From the NCBI GenBank assembly GCA_963763995.1, contig CAVXQL010000010.1, positions 24,187 to 88,186 of the forward strand: DNA of 64,000 nt, written 5' to 3'. The stretch's first letter is position 1. Each line of letters starts with the position of its first letter. This document shows, one piece after another, positions 29,202-37,648 of the stretch. The DNA is from an uncultured Verrucomicrobiae bacterium. Its GTDB lineage: Bacteria > Verrucomicrobiota > Verrucomicrobiia > Chthoniobacterales > UBA10450. The position numbers and the translations under genes are program-made. The notes beneath the pieces were generated by a model. That model did not search any database and was not told the origin of the DNA. It was given only the letters and a program-made list of their open reading frames with translations.

Positions 29202-29651
29202 CTAGGCGCTCGAATGGCTGGCCTTGTCGTCGGTCTCCAGCCAGGTAAAGATCGAAGTTCTCTCCGGATCGAGCCCGAGCTTTTGGCATTCCTCTATGAA
29301 ATAATCCTGCTTCTCGGGGTTATCCAACAACGTGGCTCTATCCATTTCGTCAGCCCAACCCTGTACTTCGTCCGGCGACTGCTGTTCGCCGTGATTGTCG
29401 AGCCATCGAGCCATTTCCATATCGCTTGCGCCTTTCTCAATCTCCGCTTTGAAATCGGACCCCTTCACACCTTTGAATCCGAAGAGCACGTTGTCCAAGA
29501 GGGAGTCAAAATGATACTCGCCGATATTCCCGCTTATCAACGCGCGACATTTATCGATCGTGCGTCCGAGAATCGCGTATCCACCCACCCGGACCCTGGG
29601 ACTGCGCGGCGCGACCTTGGTTAGGTCCAAGCCTGCAACCTTTGTTTCCAT
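29202..29651 (-). CDS. DUF5069-family protein
   Basis: Start taken at ATG 29651 (METKVAGLDLTKVAPRSPRVRVGGYAILGRTIDKCRA), which resembles DUF5069. Confidence 0.65.
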   Translation of the reverse strand: METKVAGLDLTKVAPRSPRVRVGGYAILGRTIDKCRALISGNIGEYHFDSLLDNVLFGFKGVKGSDFKAEIEKGASDMEMARWLDNHGEQQSPDEVQGWADEMDRATLLDNPEKQDYFIEECQKLGLDPERTSIFTWLETDDKASHSSA

Positions 29652-29772
29652 GAGAAAAAAGGCTAGGGAGAATTGATTGAGCTGCAACTCGTGGAAGAAA
29701 ATCGCAGGGTCACAAAATCGAAATGCTTTGAAAGAAGAAGTGATCTGGCTGCTCCATGCGTAAGCTTGTGAT

Positions 29773-30825
29773 ATGTCTCGGCTTTTCGCGCTCTGCCTGA
29801 CGATCGCGCTAGCGGCTCAACGACTGCACGCCGCGCCGCCCATCGCCGCGCCCCCACCCGGGAAATTGTATCACGGATTTTATTACGATGGACCGGCAAC
29901 GAATGAACACGATGTCACCGCGGCGGACGTGTCGCAATACGAAGAGGCCGTCGGGAAAAAGACCGCGTGGGTTTTCTTTTCCCACAACTGGTTTGAATCG
30001 AGAAAATTTCCTGCGGCAATGTGCACCTGGATTCGAGATCTCGGAAAGGTCCCGTACGTCCGCTTGATGCTGCGCTCGGACCTCGACCAGAATCATGCCG
30101 AGAAGATTTTTAGCCTCGATAACATCATCGCCGGCAAATTCGACGAAGACCTGAGGTTATGGGCGCGGGAGGCAAAAGCATTCGGTTCACCCATTTTGAT
30201 CGAGTGGGGCACGGAGCCGAACGGACAATGGTTTGCCTGGAACGGAAGATGGAACGGCGGCGCGAAGAAGGGGCCCGCGCGCTTCGTCGCAGCGTATCGC
30301 CACATCGTCGATCTGATGCGGGCGGAAGGCGCCGACAACCTGCAATGGGTCTGGCACGTCAACTGGTTCGATGAGCCGGAAGCGAAATGGAATCGCTTCG
30401 AGAATTATTATCCGGGCGACTCCTACTGCGATTGGATCGGTATCAGCGCCTACGGTCCGCTCACCCCGACAACGCGCGATGGCATCGAAGGTTTGCGCTT
30501 CGAGATGCGCGAAGCCTACCCACGCCTCGTAAAGCTGGCGCCGGGCAAGCCGATCATCGTGGCCGAGTTCGGTTGCGATCTGCACAATCATCGCGTTCGC
30601 GCCGACGAGTGGGCAAAGTCGGCGCTCGACGACTTGTTCTCAGGACGCTGGCCGGCCGTGATCGGTTTCTGCTGGTGGAACGAAGCGTGGGAAAACGACG
30701 ATCATAAAATGCACGATACTGACATGAACATCCTGCATGACGCAGCCCTAACGAATGTATTTCGGAGCGAATTCGAGCGGCACGCGGATAAGATTCAGGA
30801 AACGCCAATTCTGGCTCTCCATTAG
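29773..30825 (+). CDS. secreted glycoside hydrolase, GH26-like (mannanase-like)
   Basis: 350 aa with a signal peptide MSRLFALCLTIALAAQRLHA. Contains ILIEWGTEPNGQWFAWNG and WVWHVNW motifs reminiscent of GH26. Confidence 0.55.
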   Translation: MSRLFALCLTIALAAQRLHAAPPIAAPPPGKLYHGFYYDGPATNEHDVTAADVSQYEEAVGKKTAWVFFSHNWFESRKFPAAMCTWIRDLGKVPYVRLMLRSDLDQNHAEKIFSLDNIIAGKFDEDLRLWAREAKAFGSPILIEWGTEPNGQWFAWNGRWNGGAKKGPARFVAAYRHIVDLMRAEGADNLQWVWHVNWFDEPEAKWNRFENYYPGDSYCDWIGISAYGPLTPTTRDGIEGLRFEMREAYPRLVKLAPGKPIIVAEFGCDLHNHRVRADEWAKSALDDLFSGRWPAVIGFCWWNEAWENDDHKMHDTDMNILHDAALTNVFRSEFERHADKIQETPILALH

Positions 30826-30879
30826 AGATCAAGAACGCTCCGGATTGCGCGGCGCGATTGGCGGTCGCATACTCAACGC

Positions 30880-31287
30880 ATGGTCAACATCTCCGTCGAG
30901 TATACGGGCGGTTTGCATTGCAACGCCATTCACGAACCGTCGAAATCAAAGCTCCCGACCGATGCTCCGACTGACAATCAAGGGAAGGGCGAAGCGTTTT
31001 CGCCGACCGACCTCGTCGCGACCGCGCTCGGAACTTGCATCGCGACAACGATGGCGATCGTGGCCGAACGTCATCAAATCGATCTGAAGGGAATGACCGT
31101 GAGTGTGGCGAAAGAAATGGCGAATGACCCCCGCCGCATCGGCCGGCTCGTTACCGAGGTGCACGTGCCGTTGCCTTCCAATCACCCGCAGCGTGAGCTT
31201 TTAGAAAAGACGGCGCTAGGCTGCCCGGTGCACCGGAGTCTGCCCTCCGAGGTAAAACGACCGACCGAATTTTTCTGGGAAGGCTAG
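30880..31287 (+). CDS. OsmC-family peroxiredoxin-like protein
   Basis: 135 aa. Contains PTDLVATALGTCIATTM and ALGCPVHRSL, the two conserved Cys motifs. Confidence 0.85.
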   Translation: MVNISVEYTGGLHCNAIHEPSKSKLPTDAPTDNQGKGEAFSPTDLVATALGTCIATTMAIVAERHQIDLKGMTVSVAKEMANDPRRIGRLVTEVHVPLPSNHPQRELLEKTALGCPVHRSLPSEVKRPTEFFWEG

Positions 31288-31374
31288 TGGGTTGGCCGGC
31301 GACGCGCCTGCCCTAACGACAACAAGTCGCGCAGTTCGCGATTTGTTCGGGGCAGCGTCCGCTTGTCGTATTTC

Positions 31375-32421
31375 CTACTGCCCGAGCACCCAGGCGAAGA
31401 TTAATGGCGCACAAATCGTGGCATCGCTTTCGACCACGAACTTCGGAGTCGAGGCCGCGAGCTTGCCCCACGTGATCTTCTCGTTCGGCACGGCGCCAGA
31501 GTAGCTGCCGTAGCTCGTCGTCGAATCGCTGATTTGACAGAAATAACCCCACAGCGGCACTCCGGTGCGCTCCAGATCCTGGTGCAGCATCGGGACGACG
31601 CAGATCGGGAAATCGCCGGCAATGCCGCCCCCGATCTGAAAGAAACCGATTGAGCCCTCGCGGTTGCGCAGCTTCTTCGCGTTCTTCGTGTAGTAGTCCG
31701 CGAGCCGGGTCATGTATTCGATGCCCGTCCGCACGGTGTGCACGTTCCTCACGTCGCCGCGTATCACCGCCGCCGCATACATGTTGCCGAGTGTCGCATC
31801 CTCCCAGCCCGGAACGATGATCGGCAGATTCTTTTCGGAGGCCGCGAGCAGCCAGGAATGCTGCGGGTCGATCTGATAGCTCTTCTTCAGCTTACCGCTG
31901 CGAAGAATCTTATACATGAACTCATGCGGAAAATAATGCTCTCCAGAGCGGTCGGCCGCGATCCACTCTTCGAGCACCGCCTTCTCGATCCGCCTCATCG
32001 CCTCCATCTCCGGGATGCACGTGTCGGTCACGCGATTCATGTGCCGGGCGAGTAGTTTCTGCTCGTCCTGCGGCGTCAGCTCCCGATAGTGCGGCACCCG
32101 CTCGTAATGATCGTGCGCGACGAGATTAAAAATATCCTCTTCGAGGTTTGCGCCGGTAGAGACGATCAGGTGCACCTTTTCGCGACGGATCATCTCGGCC
32201 AATGAGATGCCGAGCTCGGCCGTTGACATTGCGCCCGCGAGCGTCACCAGCATCTTGCCGCCGGCGGCGAGGTGTTCTTCATACCCCTTGGCCGCGTCGA
32301 GCAACGCGGCGGCGTTAAAGTGGCGATAATTCCGCGCGATGAATTTCGAGACTGGGCCTTTTTTTGCCGCGAGTGCGGCGTTGATCTCTTCCGGGCTTTT
32401 TGAGCGTCGTTTGGTTTGCAT
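31375..32421 (-). CDS. deoxyhypusine synthase-like protein
   Basis: 348 aa. Contains TLAGAMSTAELG, VSTGANLEEDIF and GGGIAGDF motifs typical of the DHS family. Confidence 0.8.
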   Translation of the reverse strand: MQTKRRSKSPEEINAALAAKKGPVSKFIARNYRHFNAAALLDAAKGYEEHLAAGGKMLVTLAGAMSTAELGISLAEMIRREKVHLIVSTGANLEEDIFNLVAHDHYERVPHYRELTPQDEQKLLARHMNRVTDTCIPEMEAMRRIEKAVLEEWIAADRSGEHYFPHEFMYKILRSGKLKKSYQIDPQHSWLLAASEKNLPIIVPGWEDATLGNMYAAAVIRGDVRNVHTVRTGIEYMTRLADYYTKNAKKLRNREGSIGFFQIGGGIAGDFPICVVPMLHQDLERTGVPLWGYFCQISDSTTSYGSYSGAVPNEKITWGKLAASTPKFVVESDATICAPLIFAWVLGQ

Positions 32422-32429
32422 TGCTTCGG

Positions 32430-33371
32430 TCAGGCGGGATACAGCCAGCGCATGTAATCAGCCACGCCGGCTTCCAGCGGAAAGCGCGGCTCATATTGCA
32501 ATGCGGCGCGCACCGCGGACAAATCCGCCTGCGTGAAATTCTGATAATGTGCGTGTGGGTTCTCGATATATTCCGGCTCGAAGCTCGTGCCAAGGGTGTC
32601 ATTGAGAATCTTGATCAGCTCGTTGAAGGACCGTGCCTGACCGGCGCCGAGATTGTAAATGCCGCTCTGGCGCGCTTCGAAGCCACGCAGGCAACCGCTC
32701 ACGATGTCCTTTACGTAGACGAAATCGCGCTGCTGTTCGCCGTGTTTGAAAATGCGTGGCCGCTGTCCCGCCGTCATCTGCTGCGCGAGATGGTAGACCA
32801 TGCTCGCGGGCACGCCTTTGTGCGCTTCACGCGGGCCATAGACGTTGAAGAAGCGAAGGCCGACGATGATCCAATCTTTGGCTTCCGCTGTGGCGCGGCG
32901 CGCTAGGTTGTCCATGATGGCCTTGGAGAAAGCGTAGATGTTCGCCGGGGCGGCGCCGCTGCTTTCACTGCTCGCTTCCCTGGTCGAACCGTAGGTGGAG
33001 GCGGAGGAGGCGAAGACGATGCGCGTCTTGTTCGGGCGCGCGAATTTCAGTAACCGTCGGAAGCTTTCCACGTTGTCGTGGGTTTGCTCGAATTGATCGT
33101 GATTTGTCGTGTCCGTGATCGAGGCGAGGTGAAAAATGGCGTCGAATTTTTCGTCGCCGAACTGCTGTCGCCAATCCAACGCGGCCAGATTTTGCGCAAT
33201 GAAATCGCCGGTGTAACCGGCGAGATTCTTGAAGTCACCGGAGCGGAAATCGTCGATTACCGTCAGGCGCGACTTGGGAAATTCGTCCTGCAATGCGAGC
33301 ACGAGATTCGATCCAATGAATCCCGCGCCGCCGGTGACAAGCAGGTTAAGTGATAAGGAGGGGTTTGGCAT
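32430..33371 (-). CDS. hldD: ADP-L-glycero-D-manno-heptose 6-epimerase
   Basis: Start taken at ATG 33371 (MPNPSLSLNLLVTGGAGFIGSNLV). Contains ASSASTYG and the C-terminal YQNFTQADLS. The longer ORF 32430..33851 runs through the riboswitch region. Confidence 0.82.
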   Translation of the reverse strand: MPNPSLSLNLLVTGGAGFIGSNLVLALQDEFPKSRLTVIDDFRSGDFKNLAGYTGDFIAQNLAALDWRQQFGDEKFDAIFHLASITDTTNHDQFEQTHDNVESFRRLLKFARPNKTRIVFASSASTYGSTREASSESSGAAPANIYAFSKAIMDNLARRATAEAKDWIIVGLRFFNVYGPREAHKGVPASMVYHLAQQMTAGQRPRIFKHGEQQRDFVYVKDIVSGCLRGFEARQSGIYNLGAGQARSFNELIKILNDTLGTSFEPEYIENPHAHYQNFTQADLSAVRAALQYEPRFPLEAGVADYMRWLYPA

Positions 33372-33459
33372 GCAGCGCCTACTATCGGCGCGATTGATTA
33401 AATAATTCTTGAGCGCGCAAGCGCAAGCGGCTATTGCTCGCGGCAGTTCTTTGCGAGTT

Positions 33460-33645
33460 TGATCAGTGGATCGGCGCGAGAAATCCCGTGTGAATCGGGA
33501 GCAGTTGCGCTGCTGTAACTGGATACGACTTCCCATGAGCCAATCGTTTCCCGAAAGCATTCGGGATCGGTGAAGGCGGGAAGAAGGTGCGCGTGAGTCG
33601 TTAGGCGAACGCCAGAAGCCAGGAGCCAGAATATTTGCCCGCTCC
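33460..33645 (+). promoter_or_regulatory. cobalamin (B12) riboswitch
   Basis: AGAAAUCCCGUGUGAAUCGGGAGCAGUUGCGCUGCUGUAAC closely parallels the E. coli btuB leader core GGGAAUCCAGUGCGAAUCUGGAGCUGACGCGCAGCGGUAAG. A B12-box-like GAAGCCAGGAGCC..UUGCC lies at 33615-33640. The element sits upstream of a BtuB-like receptor. Boundaries are approximate. Confidence 0.7.
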
Positions 33646-33773
33646 ACCTCATTCGAGTCGCCGCGTGTGCGGACGACCCGAAAAAACTTCTTCGCGAAAA
33701 AGAAGAATGAGAGCTGTGGACGATCTGGTGCAACCGGCCAAGTCCGCCTCTCTGTAAATGGAGGAAACTTGTT

Positions 33774-35669
33774 ATGCGGCAGATCAATATTAGAAGGTTG
33801 GTGACGGTGTGCATTGCTGGAGCGCTGCTCGCGCTTTCTTTTCCTGCTCACGCGCAGGATGCGGCTTCATCCGAGATCTCGAGCGAAAGTGAACCGATCG
33901 TGGTGAGCGCGACTCGACTTCCCATCCCGGAAGATGAATCGCCTTCGAGCGTGAGCGTGATCACGGATGAAATTATCGAGCAAAAACAAATTCGGCGCGT
34001 GGCGGACGCGTTACGGGAAGTTCCCGGATTGTCGGTCGTGGAAACTGGGACGGCGGGACAGCAGACCTCGGTCTTCATCCGCGGTTTGCGTAGCGAGCAC
34101 ACGCAGGTTTTGATCGACGGGATTCCGATCAACCAGGGACTTCAGGGAGCCTTTAACTTTGCCGACTTAACCACCGACAACATCGCTCGGATCGAGGTTG
34201 TTCGCGGACCGCAGAGCACTTTATACGGTCCACGCGCGCTGGCAGGGGTGATTCAGATCTTTACCAAGCAGGGCAGCGGGCCACCGACAGGCGAGTTCAG
34301 CGCGGAAGCTGGATCGTTCGACACGTTTCGCGAAACCTTCCAGAGCTCGGGCTCGGTTCGGCAGTTCGATTATTCCGTCGGACTGAGCCGCCTCGATACG
34401 GATTATGAACGGCCGAACAATCAGTATCGCCTGAGCAACGGCCTCGTGAACATCGGCTGGACGCCTAACGAACAATGGAGAATCAGCGGCTTGTTTGCCT
34501 ATTCGCTCGCTGACGCTGGGAATCCGAATTCGATCTTCGATCCGAAGCCATTCGATAATCTTTTGACCGAACGCTGGCTGGTCGCTCCACGGGTTGATTT
34601 CAAGCCGGTCGATTGGTGGGACCACCAGTTGATCGTCAGCTACGATCACGAACGGCAGGTGAACGATCCGAACGACGACGGTTTCGTCGGCCCGACGCGC
34701 GCGCTGTTCAAACGCTTGACCGTCGACTATCAAAACGATCTCAAAGCGGCATCGTGGCTCACGCTGACCTCGGGGTTTTTCTATAGTGATGTCGACGCGG
34801 GCCAGGAACGGCCATTCGTTTCACAGGACTTCGGGCCGCAGCCGACCTTCGTCAGCGATCACACGGAAGAGACCGCGGTATTCCTGCAGGCGAGCATCAC
34901 GCCATGTGAAGGTTTGTTGCTCGTAGCCGGTGGACGCTACGATTATTTCAATCAATTCGGCGGCATCTGGACTTATCGCATCGCCGGAAGTTACAGAATC
35001 AAACCGACGGACACGATCTTGCATTCGAGCATTGCGACTGGCTTCAGTCCGCCCAGCAGTCAGGATAAGATCTTCGGCAACAACTTTGGCCTGGAGCCGG
35101 AAAAAGATCGCGGGTTTGACGTGGGAATTGAACAGCACTTTTGGGGAGGGCGAGGCTTCGTTGGCCTGACGTATTTTCACAACGACTTGTCGAACCTGAT
35201 CGGCTATAACGGGCTCTTCGACACCTTGAATCTGGGCGCCGCGTTGACGCAGGGACTGGAAAGCGAGATGCAGATTCGACCGATGCCCGATCTCAGTTTC
35301 TCGGCGACGTACACATACCTCGATGCGGAGAAAACGTCGGCGGTAGACATTAATCAACCACAGGGCGCGCGATTGCCGCGCCGGCCGCGCAATGAGTTTT
35401 ATGTTTCGGCATCATACCTGTGGTGCAAAAAATTGCGGACGACTGTGGAAGCAAAATTTGTCAATGCGCGGGAGGAGCTGAGTTTCGGCGCCCCGAACTT
35501 CGATATTGAGGATTACTCTTTTGTGAATTTCGCGGCCGAATACGAAATCAATCCCCACCTCACGATCTTTGGTCGGATCGACAACGTGACGAATGAGCAG
35601 TACGCCGAGGTGTTTGGTTTCCCGGCGTTGGGGCGGGGCGCGTATGCAGGAGTGAAGGTGCGGTTCTAG
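33774..35669 (+). CDS. btuB: TonB-dependent outer-membrane receptor, BtuB-like
   Basis: 631 aa with a signal peptide, a TonB box (EPIVVSATR), a plug domain (VPGLSVVETGTAGQQTSVFIRGL) and a C-terminal beta-barrel ending in ..GVKVRF. Confidence 0.88.
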   Translation: MRQINIRRLVTVCIAGALLALSFPAHAQDAASSEISSESEPIVVSATRLPIPEDESPSSVSVITDEIIEQKQIRRVADALREVPGLSVVETGTAGQQTSVFIRGLRSEHTQVLIDGIPINQGLQGAFNFADLTTDNIARIEVVRGPQSTLYGPRALAGVIQIFTKQGSGPPTGEFSAEAGSFDTFRETFQSSGSVRQFDYSVGLSRLDTDYERPNNQYRLSNGLVNIGWTPNEQWRISGLFAYSLADAGNPNSIFDPKPFDNLLTERWLVAPRVDFKPVDWWDHQLIVSYDHERQVNDPNDDGFVGPTRALFKRLTVDYQNDLKAASWLTLTSGFFYSDVDAGQERPFVSQDFGPQPTFVSDHTEETAVFLQASITPCEGLLLVAGGRYDYFNQFGGIWTYRIAGSYRIKPTDTILHSSIATGFSPPSSQDKIFGNNFGLEPEKDRGFDVGIEQHFWGGRGFVGLTYFHNDLSNLIGYNGLFDTLNLGAALTQGLESEMQIRPMPDLSFSATYTYLDAEKTSAVDINQPQGARLPRRPRNEFYVSASYLWCKKLRTTVEAKFVNAREELSFGAPNFDIEDYSFVNFAAEYEINPHLTIFGRIDNVTNEQYAEVFGFPALGRGAYAGVKVRF

Positions 35670-35677
35670 TCATGCAT

Positions 35678-35789
35678 GTCATCCCGAGCCGCGGAGACGG
35701 CGAGGGACCTCATATTCGTTTGTAGAGCGCGCGTCGGGTGAGGCGATCAATCATGCTTATGCGAGGTCCTTCGCTCCGCTCAGGATGAC
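35678..35789. repeat. MITE-like palindromic element, copy B
   Basis: GTCATCCCGAGCC...GAGGGACCT...AGGTCCTTCGCTCCGCTCAGGATGAC, 112 bp, immediately after the btuB stop. Confidence 0.8.
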
Positions 35790-35857
35790 TGCGAGAGGGC
35801 GATGGGTGTATCTGGTGCTCGCTTGAACATGCGACGCACTGCTGGTAATCGCTAAGA

Positions 35858-37074
35858 GTGCGCCCGGAACTTTATCTCGCGGTTGGTTTTATCGTTGGTG
35901 TGGCGTTAGGCGCTTGCGTTTTCCTGCTCTCACGCCGTCGTCGTTCCGGCGAAGCAGAACTCATTCAGCGTTTGGAACTACTCGATCGCGCGCAAGAGAG
36001 AGCCGAGCGCATGTTGCGAGAAGAAATGTCGCGCGGCCGGGAAGAAAACGCGCAATCGGCCAAGACACAGCGCGACGAACTTACTTCCTCGCTGGAGAGC
36101 GTCCGTTCGATTGTCGATCTGCGCCTGAAACAATTGCAGGAAGACAATTCCCGACAGATCGAAAAAATGCGCGCGACGGTTGACGAGAAATTGCAAGGCA
36201 CACTGGAGAAGAGGCTGACGGAATCGTTCAAGCTCGTGAGCGAGAGGCTCGAGCAGGTGCACCGGGGACTCGGCGCCATGCAGCAACTGGCGAGCGATGT
36301 CGGTGGATTGCAGCGTGTCCTGACGAATGTGAAGACGCGTGGCGGCTGGGGCGAAGTCCAGCTGGGTGCGCTCCTCGGGCAAATCCTAACGACAGACCAA
36401 TTCGCGTGCAATGTAAGGACGCGTGATGAGAGTGGGGAGACGGTAGAATTCGCAATCAAATTGCCGGGCGATGAAAACGGTGCGCCGGTTTGGCTTCCGA
36501 TCGACGCAAAATTCCCGATCGAAGATTATCATCGACTAATCGCGGCGCAGGAGATTGCGGACGTGCCGGCGGTGGATGCTGCGATGCGCAGCCTGGAAAC
36601 GCAGTTGAAAAAATGCGCGAAAGATATTTGCGCGAAGTACATCAACCCGCCGAAGACGACGGACTTCGCCCTCATGTTTCTGCCGACGGAAGGACTTTAT
36701 GCCGAAGCTGATGCGCCGCGTTGGCCTGGTCGAGCAGGTGCAGCGCGATTGCCGGGTGGTGTTTGCTGGGCCGACGACACTGGCGGCGTTGCTCAACAGC
36801 TTGCAAATGGGATTTCGCACTCTCGCCATTCAAAATCGTTCTAGCGAAGTCTGGAATTTGCTAGCGCGCGGTGAAAAATGAGTTCGGGAAATTCGGCGAT
36901 GCCTTGTCGAAAGTAAAACATAAACTCGATCAGGCATCGAGCGACATGGACAAAGTTGCTAAACATTCTCAAAGAATCACAAAAAGCCTGAACGACGTGG
37001 AGGAACTGCCTACGAATCCGCAGCCACTGTTGCCGGAGTTACTAGCGGAGCCGGAAGAAGAAGAACCAGATTAG
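35858..37074 (+). pseudogene. rmuC: DNA recombination protein RmuC, split over three frames by two +1 shifts (about 36707 and 36866)
   Basis: Frame A (35858-): TM plus coiled coil ...FLPTEGLYAE. Frame B (ORF 36699..36881): LMRRVGLVEQVQRDCRVVFAGPTTLAALLNSLQMGFRTLAIQNRSSEVWNLLA. Frame C (36871..37074): VKNEFGKFGDALSKVKHKLDQ... Joined, the three parts give a colinear RmuC. Confidence 0.85.
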
Positions 37075-37107
37075 CGTGCACGTTCGCCCAAGCACTGCCA
37101 TTTCAAT

Positions 37108-37590
37108 TCAATATCGCGCTCGAAGCCAATTCGAGAATTCGAATCCGACCGACGCAATCGCAGCTATCGCGGCCAACAGAGCAATCAGAGTCGCGATCAG
37201 TGTTACAAACATAGCTTGCTGCCGCTCGATTGCCTCAAGTTCGGATTCGATGTTTCCGATCACTCCATTGATCCACGCGCGTAATGGCTCAAACGTTAAC
37301 CCCAAATCAAGTCTCGTTCCAAATACGCGCGGAGGAGGTATGGCCTCTCGTAAAATCCGTGCAGCCCTGACTTCTGCTATGTACTCGGAACGCTCGATCA
37401 CGCGATCTCGAAATAGTCTTAATTTCATCTCTGCCGCCTCTCGAGTGCCTTCAGGCCCAACCCAACTGGATTGCAGTGCGTCCAACTCCTTGGGCAGTTC
37501 CAAAGCGTCGAGAAGTAGAGCATCTAGATTTTCGATAGCGCTGCTCCAAGGCAACAGGTCGGGGAACCTCCGCGGCCATCGGCGTTTCAT
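37108..37590 (-). CDS. hypothetical tail-anchored protein
   Basis: 160 aa with a helical N-terminal part and one C-terminal TM (FVTLIATLIALLAAIAAIASVGF). I recognise no family. Five 60-nt windows counted by hand gave 47-58% GC, mean about 51%. Confidence 0.45.
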   Translation of the reverse strand: MKRRWPRRFPDLLPWSSAIENLDALLLDALELPKELDALQSSWVGPEGTREAAEMKLRLFRDRVIERSEYIAEVRAARILREAIPPPRVFGTRLDLGLTFEPLRAWINGVIGNIESELEAIERQQAMFVTLIATLIALLAAIAAIASVGFEFSNWLRARY

Positions 37591-37648
37591 CGGAAAGGTA
37601 TTATTAACCTTTTTGGCGTCGAACCTTCAATGCTGATTTGCCCGGCAG

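Noticed and set aside
22016-33851. N-terminal extensions of ORFs 22016..23695, 23454..24623, 24009..25028, 26854..27711 and 32430..33851.
   Set aside because: The extensions overlap neighbouring genes or regulatory RNA and have junk composition. Family-typical N-termini begin at internal ATGs, which I used as the start codons.
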